This document shows positions 1 to 12,748 of a DNA stretch of 64,000 nt, one piece after another (within the stretch, counting starts at the first letter, position 1; every line of letters starts with the position of its first letter). Source of the DNA: the human T2T-CHM13v2.0 reference genome, Homo sapiens. The position numbers and the translations under genes are program-made. The DNA lies in assembly GCF_009914755.1 (NCBI RefSeq), contig NC_060938.1; one strand, given 5' to 3'. The notes under the pieces were generated by a model. It was not told the DNA's origin. It saw only the letters and a list, made by a program, of their open reading frames with translations, and made no database searches.

Positions 1-1013
1 GATCTAATTAAACTAAAGAGCTTCTGCACAGAAAAAGAAATTATCATCAGAGTGAACAGACAACCTACAGAATGGGAGAAAATCTTCATAATCTATCCAT
101 CTGACAGAGGGCTAATATCCAGAATCTACACGGAACTTAAACAAATTTACAAGAAATAAACAACCCCATCAAAAAGTGGGCAAAAGATATGAACAGACAC
201 TTCTCAAAAGAAGACCTTTACGTGGCCAACAAACATATGAAAAAAGCTTATCATCACTGGTCATTAGAGAAATGCAAATCAAAACCACAATGAGATATCA
301 TCTCATGCCAGTTAGAGTGGTGATCATTAAAAAGTCAGGAAACAACAGATGCTGGAGAAGATGTGGAGAAATAAGAGCATGTTTACACTGTTGATGGGAG
401 TGTAAATTAGTTAAATCATTGTGGAAGACAGTGTGGCGATTCCTCAAGGATGTAGAACCAGAAATACCATTTGACCTAGCAATCCCATTAGTCGGTAAAT
501 ACCCAAAGGATTATGAATCATTCTGCTATAAAAACACATGCACACATATGTTTACTGCAGCACTGTTCACCATAGCAAAGACTTGCAACTAACCCAAATG
601 CCCATCAATGATAGACTGGATAAAGAAAATGTGGCAAATATACACCATGGAACACTATGCAGCCTTACAAAAGGATGAGTTCATGTCCTCTGCAGTGACA
701 TGGATGAAGCTGGAAACCATCATTCTCAGCAAACTAAGACATGAACAGAAAGCCAAACACCACATGTTCTCACTCATAATTGGGAGTTGTACAATGAGAA
801 CACATGGACACATGGAGGGGAACATCACACACCAGGACCTGTTGGGGGATGGAGGGCTAGGGGAGGGATAGCATTAGGAGAAATACTTAATGTAGATGAC
901 AGGTTGATGGGTGCAGCAAACCACCATGTCACGTGTATACCTATGTAACAAACCTGCATATTCTGCACATGTATCCCAGAACTTAAAGTATAATAGTAAT
1001 AAAATAAAAAAAA
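1..1013 (+). mobile_element. LINE-1 3' end (L1PA7/L1PA8-like): ORF2 C-terminal remnant, 3'UTR and A-tail
   Basis: Degenerate ORF2 peptides ([25 protein letters not shown]), G-rich 3'UTR tract, and the terminal CCCAGAACTTAAAGTATAAT followed by poly(A). Confidence 0.95.
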
Positions 1014-1829
1014 GTGCTGTGTGGTTAGAGAGAGATCTATATGCCTGTATTATTTAGGAAAACTGTTAAAAATGCTCAAACAATCAGGGAGTAAATATCA
1101 CTGTTAAGAAGGAGAAAAGGGAGGACTCAAAAATGTTGCCTGTTATAAGGTCAATTTTAGCCCTGAATCTGGATGTTTACATGTATGTGAGTGTGTATAG
1201 AGATCCATTTTTGCAGAAGGCCAATAAACTTTAAAGACTGATAAGATAACAAAAAAATCCTGTGTTGATTTTGGGGATTGAATATGAGCCAGAAGGAAAT
1301 ATCTGGTGAAGAGGAGAGGTCAGCACTCATGGAGCTAGATGTTCGCTGGGGCTAGGATTAGTGAATAAGTTACTTCGGAAATTACATACACAGATGTTTC
1401 CTGCCTAAATGGTGACCTAATATGTGATGCTGGCTCCTTCCTCTGAACCAACCCCAAAGTTGTCATATAAACAAGTTGGATGCATCTAATAACACAGCAT
1501 AAAACCCCCACAAAAGGTAAAAAGATACTGGTGAGGCAGACGGTGATTGGGTCTCAGGGTATGTAATGATGGGGCAGGGGTGGGGGCAGTGAGTGTGAAG
1601 AGGGGTAGAGGATCTGGTGCCAAGATTGGGAACAGACTACAGAAAAGAGTTTTCTGGTTATATCTTGATCATTCTCTCACATTGCTACAAGCAGAAAATT
1701 TCTTGCCAGGCAGAAAAACAGCCCTGCTGGCTTAGCAGCAGCTAGAAGCATCAGGGTAACGTCAGAGCAGTGTTAGAGCCCACCTGGGTGGAGAGCAGAT
1801 AAAACTGGGTCAGGCAGAAGTCCTGATGC

Positions 1830-1998
1830 CTTCAGCACCCATGCTCTTAATCTTTATACTATGGAATGCGAAGGGCTGGAGAAAGAGGGACCCTCTCTCA
1901 TATACTCACTATCAGCCAAGGCAGTTGATATTCTCAGGTCCCTCTTCTCCAGCCCTCCCCACTCTGTAGTATAGAGATTAAGAACATGGGCTCTGAAG
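1830..1998. repeat. Imperfect inverted repeat (~55-bp core arms, 44-nt loop)
   Basis: 1838-1892 aligns with the reverse complement of 1937-1990 at about 47/55 positions and extends outwards through cttcag/ctgaag. Confidence 0.9.
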
Positions 1999-2200
1999 CT
2001 AAACTGCCTAGATTTTAATGCTGTCCCCATCATTTACTTCTCTGTGACTTCAGGAAACTTTCTTTTTTTCTCTGTTTCTCATCTCTAAAGTGGCCATAAT
2101 ATTACCCACCTTTTAGGTGGTTTAAAAGATGCAATACATGTAAAAGTACTTAAAACTGAAACTGATACATACTAAGTGCTCAAGCAGTCTTAGCTACTAT
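1965..2200 (+). mobile_element. MIR SINE
   Basis: MIR-like start (gtagtatagagattaagaacatgggctctgaag), core (tctgtttctcatctctaaagtgg) and tail (taagtgctcaa). Confidence 0.75.
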
Positions 2201-2599
2201 TCTGAAAACTGGAGGATGTAGTTTGAGGGGCGAAGTAACTTATTTGGGAGTTGGGGAGTATCTAGGAAATGGTGCCCAGAAATTTTGTTTTCTTGCACCG
2301 TGCCAGCTCCCAAACTCACCAGCGGAGGCATAAGCAAGGACCTCAGCCTTCGGCCCTGAGCAAGGACCCTTTCTTTCATAAGCCCACTATCAGCCAAGGC
2401 AGTTGATATTCTCAGGGTAATATGAGTCTTAGAGAAAAGGTGACAATATATCTGCACCCTCAAATAAAGCAACAAAAGGAAACCAGAAAGCAAAGACTCA
2501 GACTTAATAAACCAGACAGAACCAAATTTAAAATAAGTATAGGAAGTACTCTATACTAGGATAATATGGTATAAGATAATATCCTATACTAGGGTGACG

Positions 2600-3670
2600 G
2601 AGGATTCTGGAGACAGGAAGCAAAAACAGTCAAAGAAAAACTGACTGAAGATGCTAGGAATGAAAAATGTAATTGTTAACATAAGGAACTCAACAGATCA
2701 CTTGAGAACAAAACAGAATGCACGTAGTCATGAAATGAACACATAAAGTAAAAAATCAGGTCAAGAACCCTCCCACAGAGATTAAAACAGTTAAACAAAC
2801 TATCCAAGTAAAAGTTAAGAGACATGAAGGAGAAAAATAGAAGTTAATATTTGTATGTTAGGGGTCTCAGAGGGAGAGAGCAAAAATAAGTATCGGTGAG
2901 AAAATACTTTGAAAAGTCATCAAGATTTTTTCAGAATTAAAGGATGATGTGGTAGATTTTGCAAAAATGGCCCCCACGTTGTTTCACCTCCCTACAGCCA
3001 TGCGCGTTGGTAGTCCTCTCCCAGACCACATTCTAGGCGTAGTCAGGTGACTTGTTTTAGCCAATGAGAAAAGGGCAAAATTGACGCAAGCAGAGATTTG
3101 AAAAGGGCGGCACACTGGGACTTACCATCTTTTGTTGCTTTCTGAAGCTGAGCCACTCTGTGAGTGAGCCCAAGCTAGCCAGATGGATGATGAGAAACAC
3201 ATGGCCCAGTGGCCCTCATTCTTTTATTATTCGCTGACTGCCAATTGACACTAGAAGCAGAGCCATTTAGCTGACAAGTAGCTGACTGTGAAGAGCCACG
3301 AGCAGAACCCAGCCCAAATTGTTAACCCATAGAATCACAGAAAACGAAAAGGTTGCTTGTTAAGCCACCAAGTTCTGGCATGTTTATTATACAGCAACGG
3401 AAAGCTGATATACAATATGTTAATATCTCAGGCTGAAAGGGCTTGTAGAGTGCTAAACAAGATGGATTTTAGAAATACATACACATTTAGAAGAAGAACA
3501 CAAAAGACAAAGAAAAAATTCTAAATTCTTTTCGGTAAAAGAAAAAAGCAGATCATCTTCAAAGGAAAAATAATCAGATTGACATCAGAAGTCTCAGTAA
3601 CCCTGGATATAGCAGAACTCATGATATTTTTCAAGCATTAAAAAGAAAGGGAACTTCAAAACCAGGAATT
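2600..3670 (+). mobile_element. Old L1M (ORF1-like) fragment interrupted by an MLT1 LTR
   Basis: A-rich, degenerate L1 ORF1-like sequence (aataatcagattgacatcagaagtctcag) on both sides of the LTR. Confidence 0.5.
2948..3413 (+). mobile_element. MLT1-family (ERVL-MaLR) solo LTR
   Basis: Starts TGTGGTAG. Ends ttaagccaccaagtt...tatacagcaa...gctgatataca, typical of MLT1 3' termini. Confidence 0.8.
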
Positions 3671-4039
3671 TTTTTCTTTTTTGGTTAATGGCTGTTGGTT
3701 CAAACAAATCCAGACGTTTGGTTAGATATAAAAGTCTAGATTGGTTGGAACCAATCATTTAAATAAGATGGTGAAATATTCTCAGGCATACCAGGCCCCG
3801 AAAGTTTTAACACATAAAACACTGCTTGAATATTTATTAAAATAATTACTCCAGCAAGAAGAAAAATGAAAACCAAGGGCTGGGGATATAAAATTAGAAA
3901 ATAAGTTGGCAAATTCAAGTTATATCTAAATAAGTATTGCAAAAAGGAAGAAAGAGTGGAGGGAAGAAAGGGAATGTTGGGTATATTCTTAGTAATCAGA
4001 AAATCCTGAGTGATAATAATTGGGGAAATGCTAAATGAC

Positions 4040-4290
4040 ATTGTAGGTAAGTAGTAGGACTCTAGAGACGAATAATTTGGGTCTAAATCTTGCCTCAGTC
4101 ATTCTGGCTGGATTGCCTTCAATAAGTTATTTAACCTCTCTGAGCCTCAGTGTCTCATTTGCTTAAAATGGGCTTGATGAAACAGAACCCATATCACAGG
4201 CTTATTCTGAGCATTAAAGGAGTCCAGTTGTAAATCCCTTGGATTCATAACTGGCTTACAGTAAGCTTTCAATAAATGTTTGAAGTTATT
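4040..4290 (+). mobile_element. MIR SINE
   Basis: Core aagttatttaacctctctgagcctcagt and tail cagtaagctttcaataaatgtt. Confidence 0.8.
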
Positions 4291-5584
4291 ATTAATATGG
4301 GGAGGAGCTAAAGGAAGGTGGGAAATAAATAATCAAAACCACCGAACCACATTAATTCAGATATAAATAAACATTTTAAAGATAATAATGAATATGCTAG
4401 GAATGGAAAAGGTGTATTAGGTGGTCAGGAAAGGCCTCCCTGCCGAAGTGACTTCTCAGCTGCGACTGGAATGATAAGAGGATCATGATGAAAATTACCA
4501 AGGACAGAGCCCCACTCCCTTAAACCATTCCAGGGAGTGAGCAGGTCCTCAGTGAGGAATGGCTTGTGCTTTCCAGGAGGCACCCCCCAGATGCAGGGCT
4601 TGCAGATGCAAAAGTTCCTGAAAGCACGTATGACGTTGCAGTGAGTCTCCCATTTTCATGGAGCTATGGGAGCTTGAAATATGACCAGGGGCCTTCCTAA
4701 ATTGGCTGTTCTGCAGAGGAATTTCAGGACTTTTGCATATCCTGGGGAGACAGTAGAGAGGAGAGAAAACTCTAACAATGACTAAAATTGAATTTCCCAT
4801 CAATTCAGAGGGATGGGGATCTCAAAGTCAGCTTCATTAAAGAACACGTGACATTTCTTGTAAATTCCAGTTTGTGCAGTAAGATTCACATGCTTACTAT
4901 AAAAGCGGTTCTTTGGCTTACTTGTTTCTTCTACATTGCTTCCTCTTCCTTTAACCCAGCCTTATGATAGTCATATTTGAAGTTCCTTTGGGAAGGAATG
5001 CATATTCATTTGATGAAATTGGGGAAATGGTGTCAATTACTAGAGCCCCTGTAATCACAGCTGAGCCTTTTAATCACAGCAATGTCCACATGGGGCTCTG
5101 CTCAGTTAACATCATGAGGCTCAAGTTAGTATCTCTTTGGAGTGAAAAGCTCTTTCTGAATCATAACTTTGTGGTCAGATAAGAGAAAGTTTCTAGGTCT
5201 TAGCTCAGTAGGAAAGGTAACTGCCATCAGAATTCCAGACCATCTTTCATAACTTCTCGAAGAGGTGACAATAACTACCATCACCATCATTCCTCTGGCC
5301 CTATCTGTGACTCAGAACCAGTTCTGATATTTTGACATTGCCCATTGGTACCGAACGCTTCCCTCTGGTGTTCCTAGTTTCACTAGTGACTTTAGATCTC
5401 TGAACACTCTGACTGTCACGGTGGTGTTTTGGACCCTCACTAGGATAGAATGGCCATAGTTTTGGGGAGATGCTGATTCACTCTAATCTCCTACTGGGCT
5501 CTCAAATATATTATCGTGGAAGAACATTACCCTACTGGCTAATTTCATAAAGATATCGTGTTTGTTAAGGTCTGTGATGCGACG

Positions 5585-5780
5585 TATCTTATTGCATGGC
5601 CTTAGGCAAGTTACTTAACCTCTCTAAGACTCAGTCTCTTTATCTGTAAAGTGGAGGAAGTAATAGGATTGATCCTGCGAGGTTATGATGAGGAGTAAGT
5701 GAGATAATACATGTAAAGCACTTAGTAAAGTGACTGGGTCATAATAGCTTATAGTAAGTGCTTAACACATTTTTGCTATA
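5585..5780 (+). mobile_element. MIR SINE
   Basis: ggcaagttacttaacctctctaagactcagt...tgagataatacatgtaaagcacttag. Confidence 0.85.
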
Positions 5781-6478
5781 CATGGCATTGGTGACAAGAG
5801 AGAGGTTTATATCAAATAGGATCCAATCTGTAAAATAGAAGCCATGCTATTCATCCCAGGATTTATGTTTTAATATAGAGAACTAGGGGCTTACACAACT
5901 ACTGGAGAAGCTGGGGGAGCCAAGCATCAGAGAAACCATTCCTCAAATCTCAGCCTGAAGCTCTGGATTGGGTGCTTCTCATGAGCTCACCAGAAATCAC
6001 TAAAATTTCTAGCAATTCCTGGGGTACCTCCACCAACAATCTCAGTCTGAGTGATGATGAGAGTGCAGCACATCCAAAGCTCCCTGAGAGAGGCTGTAAC
6101 TGTCAGTTTGTCTGCCTCTGGTTGCCACTGTCATTCCCCAACTCTCCATCCCGAGTAAGGCCTCAACTTCTATCCTGCTTGCATGTCTCAAATGGGTGCC
6201 CCTCAGTGGTAGACTCCAATCAGGAACCATATGGTGGTGCGGGGTGTAGGGGTAGCGGGGGATTATATAGTTCCCAGCTCCTTGTTTGCATCTCCTTCTC
6301 ATACCAAAGCATTAACCAGTATTTCTCTTACGGAGCAAACTGAACTGGTTAGATTTCCTCATCTATTTTTACTCTGGATGCAGAAGCTAAAGAGCAGGGG
6401 AAGAGTTCAGAGTCAAAAACCAACCTGGGTAATTGAGTGAGTAATCCTGGAGTAACTGAGGTTGTTCTGTAATCTGTA

Positions 6479-6601
6479 TTTTTTTTATTATACTTTAAGT
6501 TTTAGGGTACATGTGCACAATGTACAGGTTAGTTACATATGTATACATGTGCCATGCTGGTGCACTGCACCCACTAACTCGTCATCTAGCATTAGGTATA
6601 T
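6479..6601 (-). mobile_element. 5'-truncated young L1 tail (L1PA2-like, ~120 bp)
   Basis: Reverse complement TACCTAATGCTAGATGACGAGTTAGTGGGTGCAG...CCCTAAAACTTAAAGTATAAT plus A-tail. It carries GAG rather than the L1HS ACA/ACG diagnostic. Confidence 0.92.
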
Positions 6602-9065
6602 AAAAAAACTCTTCCTATACCCCCAGGGTATATTTCTTATTAAAATAACAACTGCATGAATTTATATAACATCTTTCAGTTTGTAAAGAATTTCTATGAT
6701 CATTATCTTCATTTTTATTCTCACAACAGCTCTATGAGGTATATATTACTCTAGGGTCACAAGTGTGAAAACCAAGGCTCCAAGACTCTCCCAGCCTAAA
6801 TGTAGACCTCCTAAGCCAGCCCTACCATCATCTTCCTTAGTGTAATAAATATAGAAGTAAATATATCAATAAGCAAGTATCTGGAGAGCATGTCCATGCC
6901 AAAAGTAAAAATAATCCAAACACAAAATTTAAAAGCTATGTTATTGATGTTAAAAATGTTTCAACTATATAATACAAATCATAAGGGTCTTTTGACAAGT
7001 CATAATTAGACCAACAGGATATTAAATTCAGACAGGACCTTTACAGCCTAGTCTCCTTTGCCCAGAAGGCTAAAACACTTACCTGAGACATATGACTTGA
7101 TAATAATGGATTTAGAATGGGAGTTTATGTTGATGAACTCCAAGACCCACTGGTGATTATTTTCATGTTGACGTGGACTTGGTACATTACAATGTTAGTT
7201 TTAGTACTAGAGATTACCTCCCGTTTTTAGTACTGTTCTTTCCCCACTGCCTATAGAAATTATGAATATCAGAAGCTTTTACACCAGACAGTAAGTCTTT
7301 GATTAAACTTGGGAGGCCCAAGCACAAAGTTTTGATTGACAATAATGTAATCCAGGGCAGGAAGCAAGCCTGAAATGGGTTCTAAGGAAGATAGTTCCGA
7401 TATGCCTCAAGCATGCTGAAGACATCTGCACCAATTAAAAGGCAATTAAATGCGTAATAAATGGAAATTCTACAAAATTGTTCCGTAAAAAACTCCAAGT
7501 GGGAGCTGCTGGGGTGTACTTGCTGAGTGAGAAATGTGTGCCAAGATGAAGGTTACCCATTTTTTAGCTGATGTGCTGCTCTGCGATGCCAGCAAGACAT
7601 CGTTAAAAGTGTCAATTCAGAAACAGTTCTTTTAGGAGTTCCACTTCAGCATATGAGAATGGTGAAATTTCTGCTGGTTCCATGCGTGGGAGAAAAAGGA
7701 ATGCAAAGCACACAAATGAGGGTGGACTGGAGATAGAGGGAAACAGGGAGAGTGACACTGCTTGGCAGTTCTGCCATGGCCTGGAGCCTGTGAATCTGAG
7801 CATTCCGTGATAATGAGGGGCAGCACAGAAGAGGCTGAACATGACAATGATGTTCTGAGCCAGTAAGATGAGCTAATGAGCTGTATAGACCGTAGCAGCC
7901 AATATGCTCCCTTTGGGATAATGGTCACCCCATCTTTTCTGTCTGATTTCATGCCACTCCATGGTCCAGGAAAAAATATGCCAGGGTTGAATCCTGATAT
8001 AACAAATATTTATCATCCAGTCTTATATTACAGGCCTCTTGGGCACCAGATAACAGGGTGAATCACAATCATGGTCAATCGGGGAAACAGAATCACTATT
8101 TGTCATGAGATAAGGAGTTTCTTATAGGAGTTAGACCTAGCTCAATTATGAGAGGAGCTGGGGAGGTGATGGTGCAGGAGGGAAGTGGGAGGATCAGAGT
8201 AGTCAACATCCAGTGTGACTGAGAAGCCAAGTATGTCCAGCCTCCATGGGACTTTGCAGACAAGAGGGTCACAGGATGCCTCTGTGGGTGACTGTGCCTC
8301 TGCAGGTCTGCTGGCAAGCATCTGAGGTAGGACCCAGGGCTCTCCTTCGTCAACCAGATGAACGGTCGGGAAGAACTGGAAGCAGTGAGGAGGAGAGTGA
8401 GGACAAGCTGGAGCTCGCTGGTACCTTGGCATTTTTTGGTCACTGCATCTAACCTTGATGACCTTCAGCCAGAAACCATTGCTGCCTCACTTTTGCCTTC
8501 TATATCCCATACAAGTACCCTTTTGGCCAACTCTCAACCAGAAACATACAAGGATGGGGATCTTAGGAGGTGATTTAACAGAGTTGGCACAGGACAAACT
8601 ACCCCCTAGGGTGAGTAGTGATGACTGGAATGATCTGGGTTGAAGCTGAGATTTCAGGTTAACATGCAAGGTACAGGAAGAAGAGAGAAGGAGGTGAGGA
8701 CCCAGAACCAGCTCAAGAACTGGAGAGGCAAGGCATGGGAAAGTTGTGTGGTCTGAACAAATACATTTCAGGGAAAATAAAACTGGCTTTATTTCACCCT
8801 GGGTGCTGAAGCCATGCTCATTTTAAGCACTCAATGGACTTGACTTGAAGGTGGGCATGAGGCTCCTGAATGTTAAAAGGGCTGTCATTTATTAGAACAT
8901 TCCTTAATCTGGTCTGCATAATCAAGACTACTCTTGTTCAAAGCACCAGGACAGGAACCCACAAACAGAGTTGGCTGGAGCCACCCAAATTCAAGTATTT
9001 CTCCATAACAGAAATGTTATCTACCTCAAGTTTTAGGATGACAGTGAAAGAAGCTGCTTAGAAGG

Positions 9066-9377
9066 ACTCAGTTACTTTCTAGATGAATTTTGTACAGGCC
9101 TACCGAGATAGGTAGGTAGCTATAAAGACTTACAGATAAAATAAGCGGTCTACAAATAAAACTACAATGTGATCATCAACGATCAATTTTTCCTAAATCA
9201 GGTGTTAATTAGTAACTCAGGTTACATTCTAGATGAATTTTATACAGGCCTACCGAGATAGGTAGGTAGATATAAAGACTTACAGATACATAAAATAAGC
9301 ACTCTACAAATAAAACTACAATATGTTTATAACAACTACTTTTTCTTAAATCAGGTATTAATTACTAACTCAGGTTA
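9066..9377. repeat. Tandem duplication, ~150-bp unit x2
   Basis: Units start at 9066 and 9215, and a third actcaggtta stub starts at 9368. Shared blocks: ttctagatgaattt, tacaggcctaccgagataggtaggtag, tataaagacttacagata, ctacaaataaaactacaat, taaatcaggt. Confidence 0.95.
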
Positions 9378-9475
9378 TGATAGTAACTTGAGTATGGATA
9401 TATACTTGCCCAGGAACTGATAAAGAAATATCTCTATAGGGGTTTCCTAGTTCTTGCAGGTAGTGAATAAGAATG

Positions 9476-9623
9476 TACCTAATGCTAAATGACGAGTTAA
9501 TGGGTGCAGCACACCAGCATGGCACATGTATACATATGTAACTAACCTGCACATTGTGCACATGTACCCTAAAACTTAAAGTATAATAATAATAAAATAA
9601 AATAAAATAAAAAAATAATAAAA
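9476..9623 (+). mobile_element. 5'-truncated young L1 tail (L1PA3-like, ~120 bp plus patterned A-tail)
   Basis: TACCTAATGCTAAATGACGAGTTAATGGGTGCAGCACACCAGCATGG...CCCTAAAACTTAAAGTATAAT followed by (TAAAA)n. Confidence 0.92.
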
Positions 9624-12419
9624 GCTTAAAAAAAATGCCAAACCCACATGAAGGTAGGCTCAAGGTTACAATTTCTTACAGGAAACGTTTTACAAAATTT
9701 CCAACCAGAATTCATGCCAAGATAGGCCAGCTTCCTTATTTCCCTTTGCTGGTGAGGTGATTTTTTTTGTTCTATTGTGCCTTTTTCTAGGCATAGGCCT
9801 TTGAGGGATCTGAATTTCTGTGTGGCTTCCCATTGCTTAATTTGCAGGTCTCAAGGCCTTGTCTCCATCCTTCAGCACTGCCATTCATTCACACCCAAAC
9901 CTCTTGGTTCCGAAAATGGGTCCTTGTTTTGGCTTATAGCTCCACTGGTAGCAGCCTGTTCATCTCCTGTTCTCCGGTTCCTTGAAATTCCCTTACTTTC
10001 TTCTGAATCCAACCATGCATTTGAAACTACTTGTTATATTTTATGCTAGATTTCTTGTATTTTGTATCAGAGTTGTTCAGTGGTTGTAGAATTCCAGATT
10101 TATGGAAAAGGAAGTTGCCAAGATGATCACTAAAATTCCTTCTGGTCAACAATGTGCTACACAATGTAGCACTGTCAGACTAGAATTCTCAGTATTACCC
10201 AGAATCCAAGAAAAACAGCCTTGGCCAAGAAAGGTTTCCTCATTTGTCTTCTAGGAGTCTAGGGGTGGGAGAGTATGCCCATCCCATTATCCTACACTCA
10301 TTATATTGTTGGAGTTCTTTGAAATAGTGAAAGAAGTCTTTTCTTCTCTGGCATTTATGTTCTTTATGTTCATGGATGGCGAGAAACCCTAATCATTACC
10401 AATCTCTTTAAAGGCAAAGGTGTCTTAGTGCTCAGTTGTGATTTTGAAGCTCCAAATTAATGATCTGTTGAATAATGGAGATAAACTCCCGGGAATTCCT
10501 AGATCCAGCAAACCATCTGCTCTTCTCTCTGGTGCACTGAAGATAATTCGAACTCACCAGTCAGTGTGCCTTTTCCAGCTTAAGAACCAGTCGGTACCTG
10601 GAATAAAAGAAGACAAGTAGAAAATAAATGTTTTTTTAACTTCTAGCTGGAAACGTTAAAAGAGAGATTTTGATTTGTTCTTCTTTCTCAATTATTTGGA
10701 TGCTTCTTCAATGAAAGTTATAAGTATTTCTTACCTGAGAGAAAGTATGAGAGTGTAGATAAAATTTGTTCATTCAATATATATTTATTGTGCAGCATCT
10801 ATGTTGGTATTAGATATGGAAAGGGAAGGCCTTCCAAAACAGTGAGAAGATCAGGCCCATATTGTGGGCTGCTGAGACCCACAAGTCACCTCAGCAGAAA
10901 CCAGACAACCAGGCATCTTTTATTAAAGGAAAGATAATGGCAGATAATGGGCTGCTCTGGACCTATATTTGCTAATTGGGGTAGATGTGGCTCACAGATA
11001 GGACCGAGTGCCCCTACTGAGTGCACTCTTGCATATGTGCAGCATCAGAGAGTTGGGACAGGTATGCAGAGATGGGGAGGCAAGACTGATGGGCTCTCCC
11101 AAGGCAGTCAAAAGACTGTTTGGCTGGAAACCTCAGGTCACAGCCAAAAGCACATGCACTCAGGTAATGTGTGAAATAAAAGTCATAATTCTATTCATTC
11201 TATGACAGCATAAGGAAATCAAGTCTTCATAAGGATAGAAAATGGATACAAATGACATAAATACAAAGCAGATAGAAAATAAATGCAAAGAAAGAGGAAT
11301 CTTGTTCTTTTAAGTTATGACTCATTTTTTTCTTACCATTTTACTTCCCTAGATGTTTGATTGGTGGATTAGTATAGACTTCTCAGTTCACCCATGCTGT
11401 GACACTAGCTCCTGTCTCCTACTGTCCCAACGTCACCATCCACTCTCTTTTTAACTCCATCATCTTGGCTTCCATATATGCTCAAGAAATGGTAGGTATT
11501 TTCACAAAATTCTTGGGAGTACAGCCCTTTCATATTGAAGCTTTCTAGAACACTATGTTTTTTTCTCCCTTAGAAAGGAGTACTTTTGAGTACAGACAAC
11601 ATCAGATTAAGCAAAATAGTTAGGGTATGATCTTCAAGAGGGCAGAAACATATTATTTTGTTCATGCTGTATTTCCAGGACTGTATTCTAGTGCCTGAAG
11701 GTAATAGCTGTTCAATAATACCTGTTGCTATGTAAATAAATAAATGAGTGCATGAGTGAGGAAAGGAGGAGAGTTCAAAAAAAGGCTTTTGCAGAGAAAT
11801 CTGTGGGAGTCCCAGCCAAGAGAAATTTCTCCCCCAAGTGGGTTTTTAAGGGGTAGATACCTTACTTAGGACGTTTAAAAGGGTATGGATCTGCTGCTTG
11901 CTGAAGACCAATGAAGCTCTTCCAAGTCCCTGACACCTGAGAATAGCCGGACATAATCTCAGGCCCTAAAAACTATGAACATTAAAGAAGAAAAGGAATT
12001 AAAGCTGGCAAGAAGTTAAAAACAGTGAATGGCTATCAATGCATTTTCCTGCAATGTCATCAGCAGCATCAGTGGTCTTAGCAGCAGCAGTACCACAAGG
12101 CAAAATGTGTGAAAAGTTTATGTATTGGACTATTGTGCTGAATATTGCAGAAAAGAAAAGTGACTGGCACCACCAGCCTCTCCTTCTGGAAGCTGGGAGA
12201 GTGCATTTGTCATTCCACTTGATATGGACTACCAACTCATCATCAACAGCTGTGTTTGCACTTGCCAATCCCTTTAAGAGGTATTGCCAGGCCTCTCCCT
12301 TTCCCAGATCTCAATTAAATGTAAGTTAGATCTGGCTGAAATTTATAACAGGTAAATAAATATAATTTACATATATAAAATCAGTATAAATATACAAAAC
12401 ATAAAGAGACAAACATATA

Positions 12420-12748
12420 AGTCATCCCTCCATATGGAGGGGGATTTGTTCCAGGGCCCCCGTGGATACAAAATTCTGCAGATATTCAAGTTCCTGATAT
12501 AAAATGGCATGGTATTTGCATATAACCTACACACATCCCCCTTTATGCTTTAAATCATCTCTAGATCATTTATAATATCTCATACAATGTAAATGCTGTG
12601 TAAATATTTGTCATGCTATATATTTTAAAAATTTATATATATTTTTATTGTTGTATTGTTATGTTTTACCATTTTTTCCAGAATATCTTTGATCCACATT
12701 TGGTTGAATCTGTGTTACAGAATCTGGGGATATGGAGAACCAAATCTA
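12420..12748 (+). mobile_element. MER2 (Tigger-family MITE)
   Basis: gtcatccctc...gggggattt.gttccagg.cccc...ctgatataaaatggc.tggtatttgcatataacctac matches the remembered MER2 consensus. Confidence 0.88.

Noticed and set aside
176-871. ORFs 176-394 and 608-871 (also 17890-18303) as genes
   Set aside because: They are fragmented L1 ORF2 C-terminal remnants with stops and frameshifts.
1831-1851. REST/RE1 site (TTCAGCACC)
   Set aside because: Only the left half-site is present. The GGACAG right half is absent.
1838-1990. Pre-miRNA hairpin
   Set aside because: The 44-nt loop and ~55-bp stem do not fit a canonical Drosha substrate, and there is no evidence of expression from sequence alone.
6479-6601. 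Human-specific L1HS-Ta insertion
   Set aside because: It carries GAG rather than ACA/ACG at the diagnostic site and CTTAAAGTAT rather than CTTAGAGTAT, so it belongs to an older L1PA subfamily.
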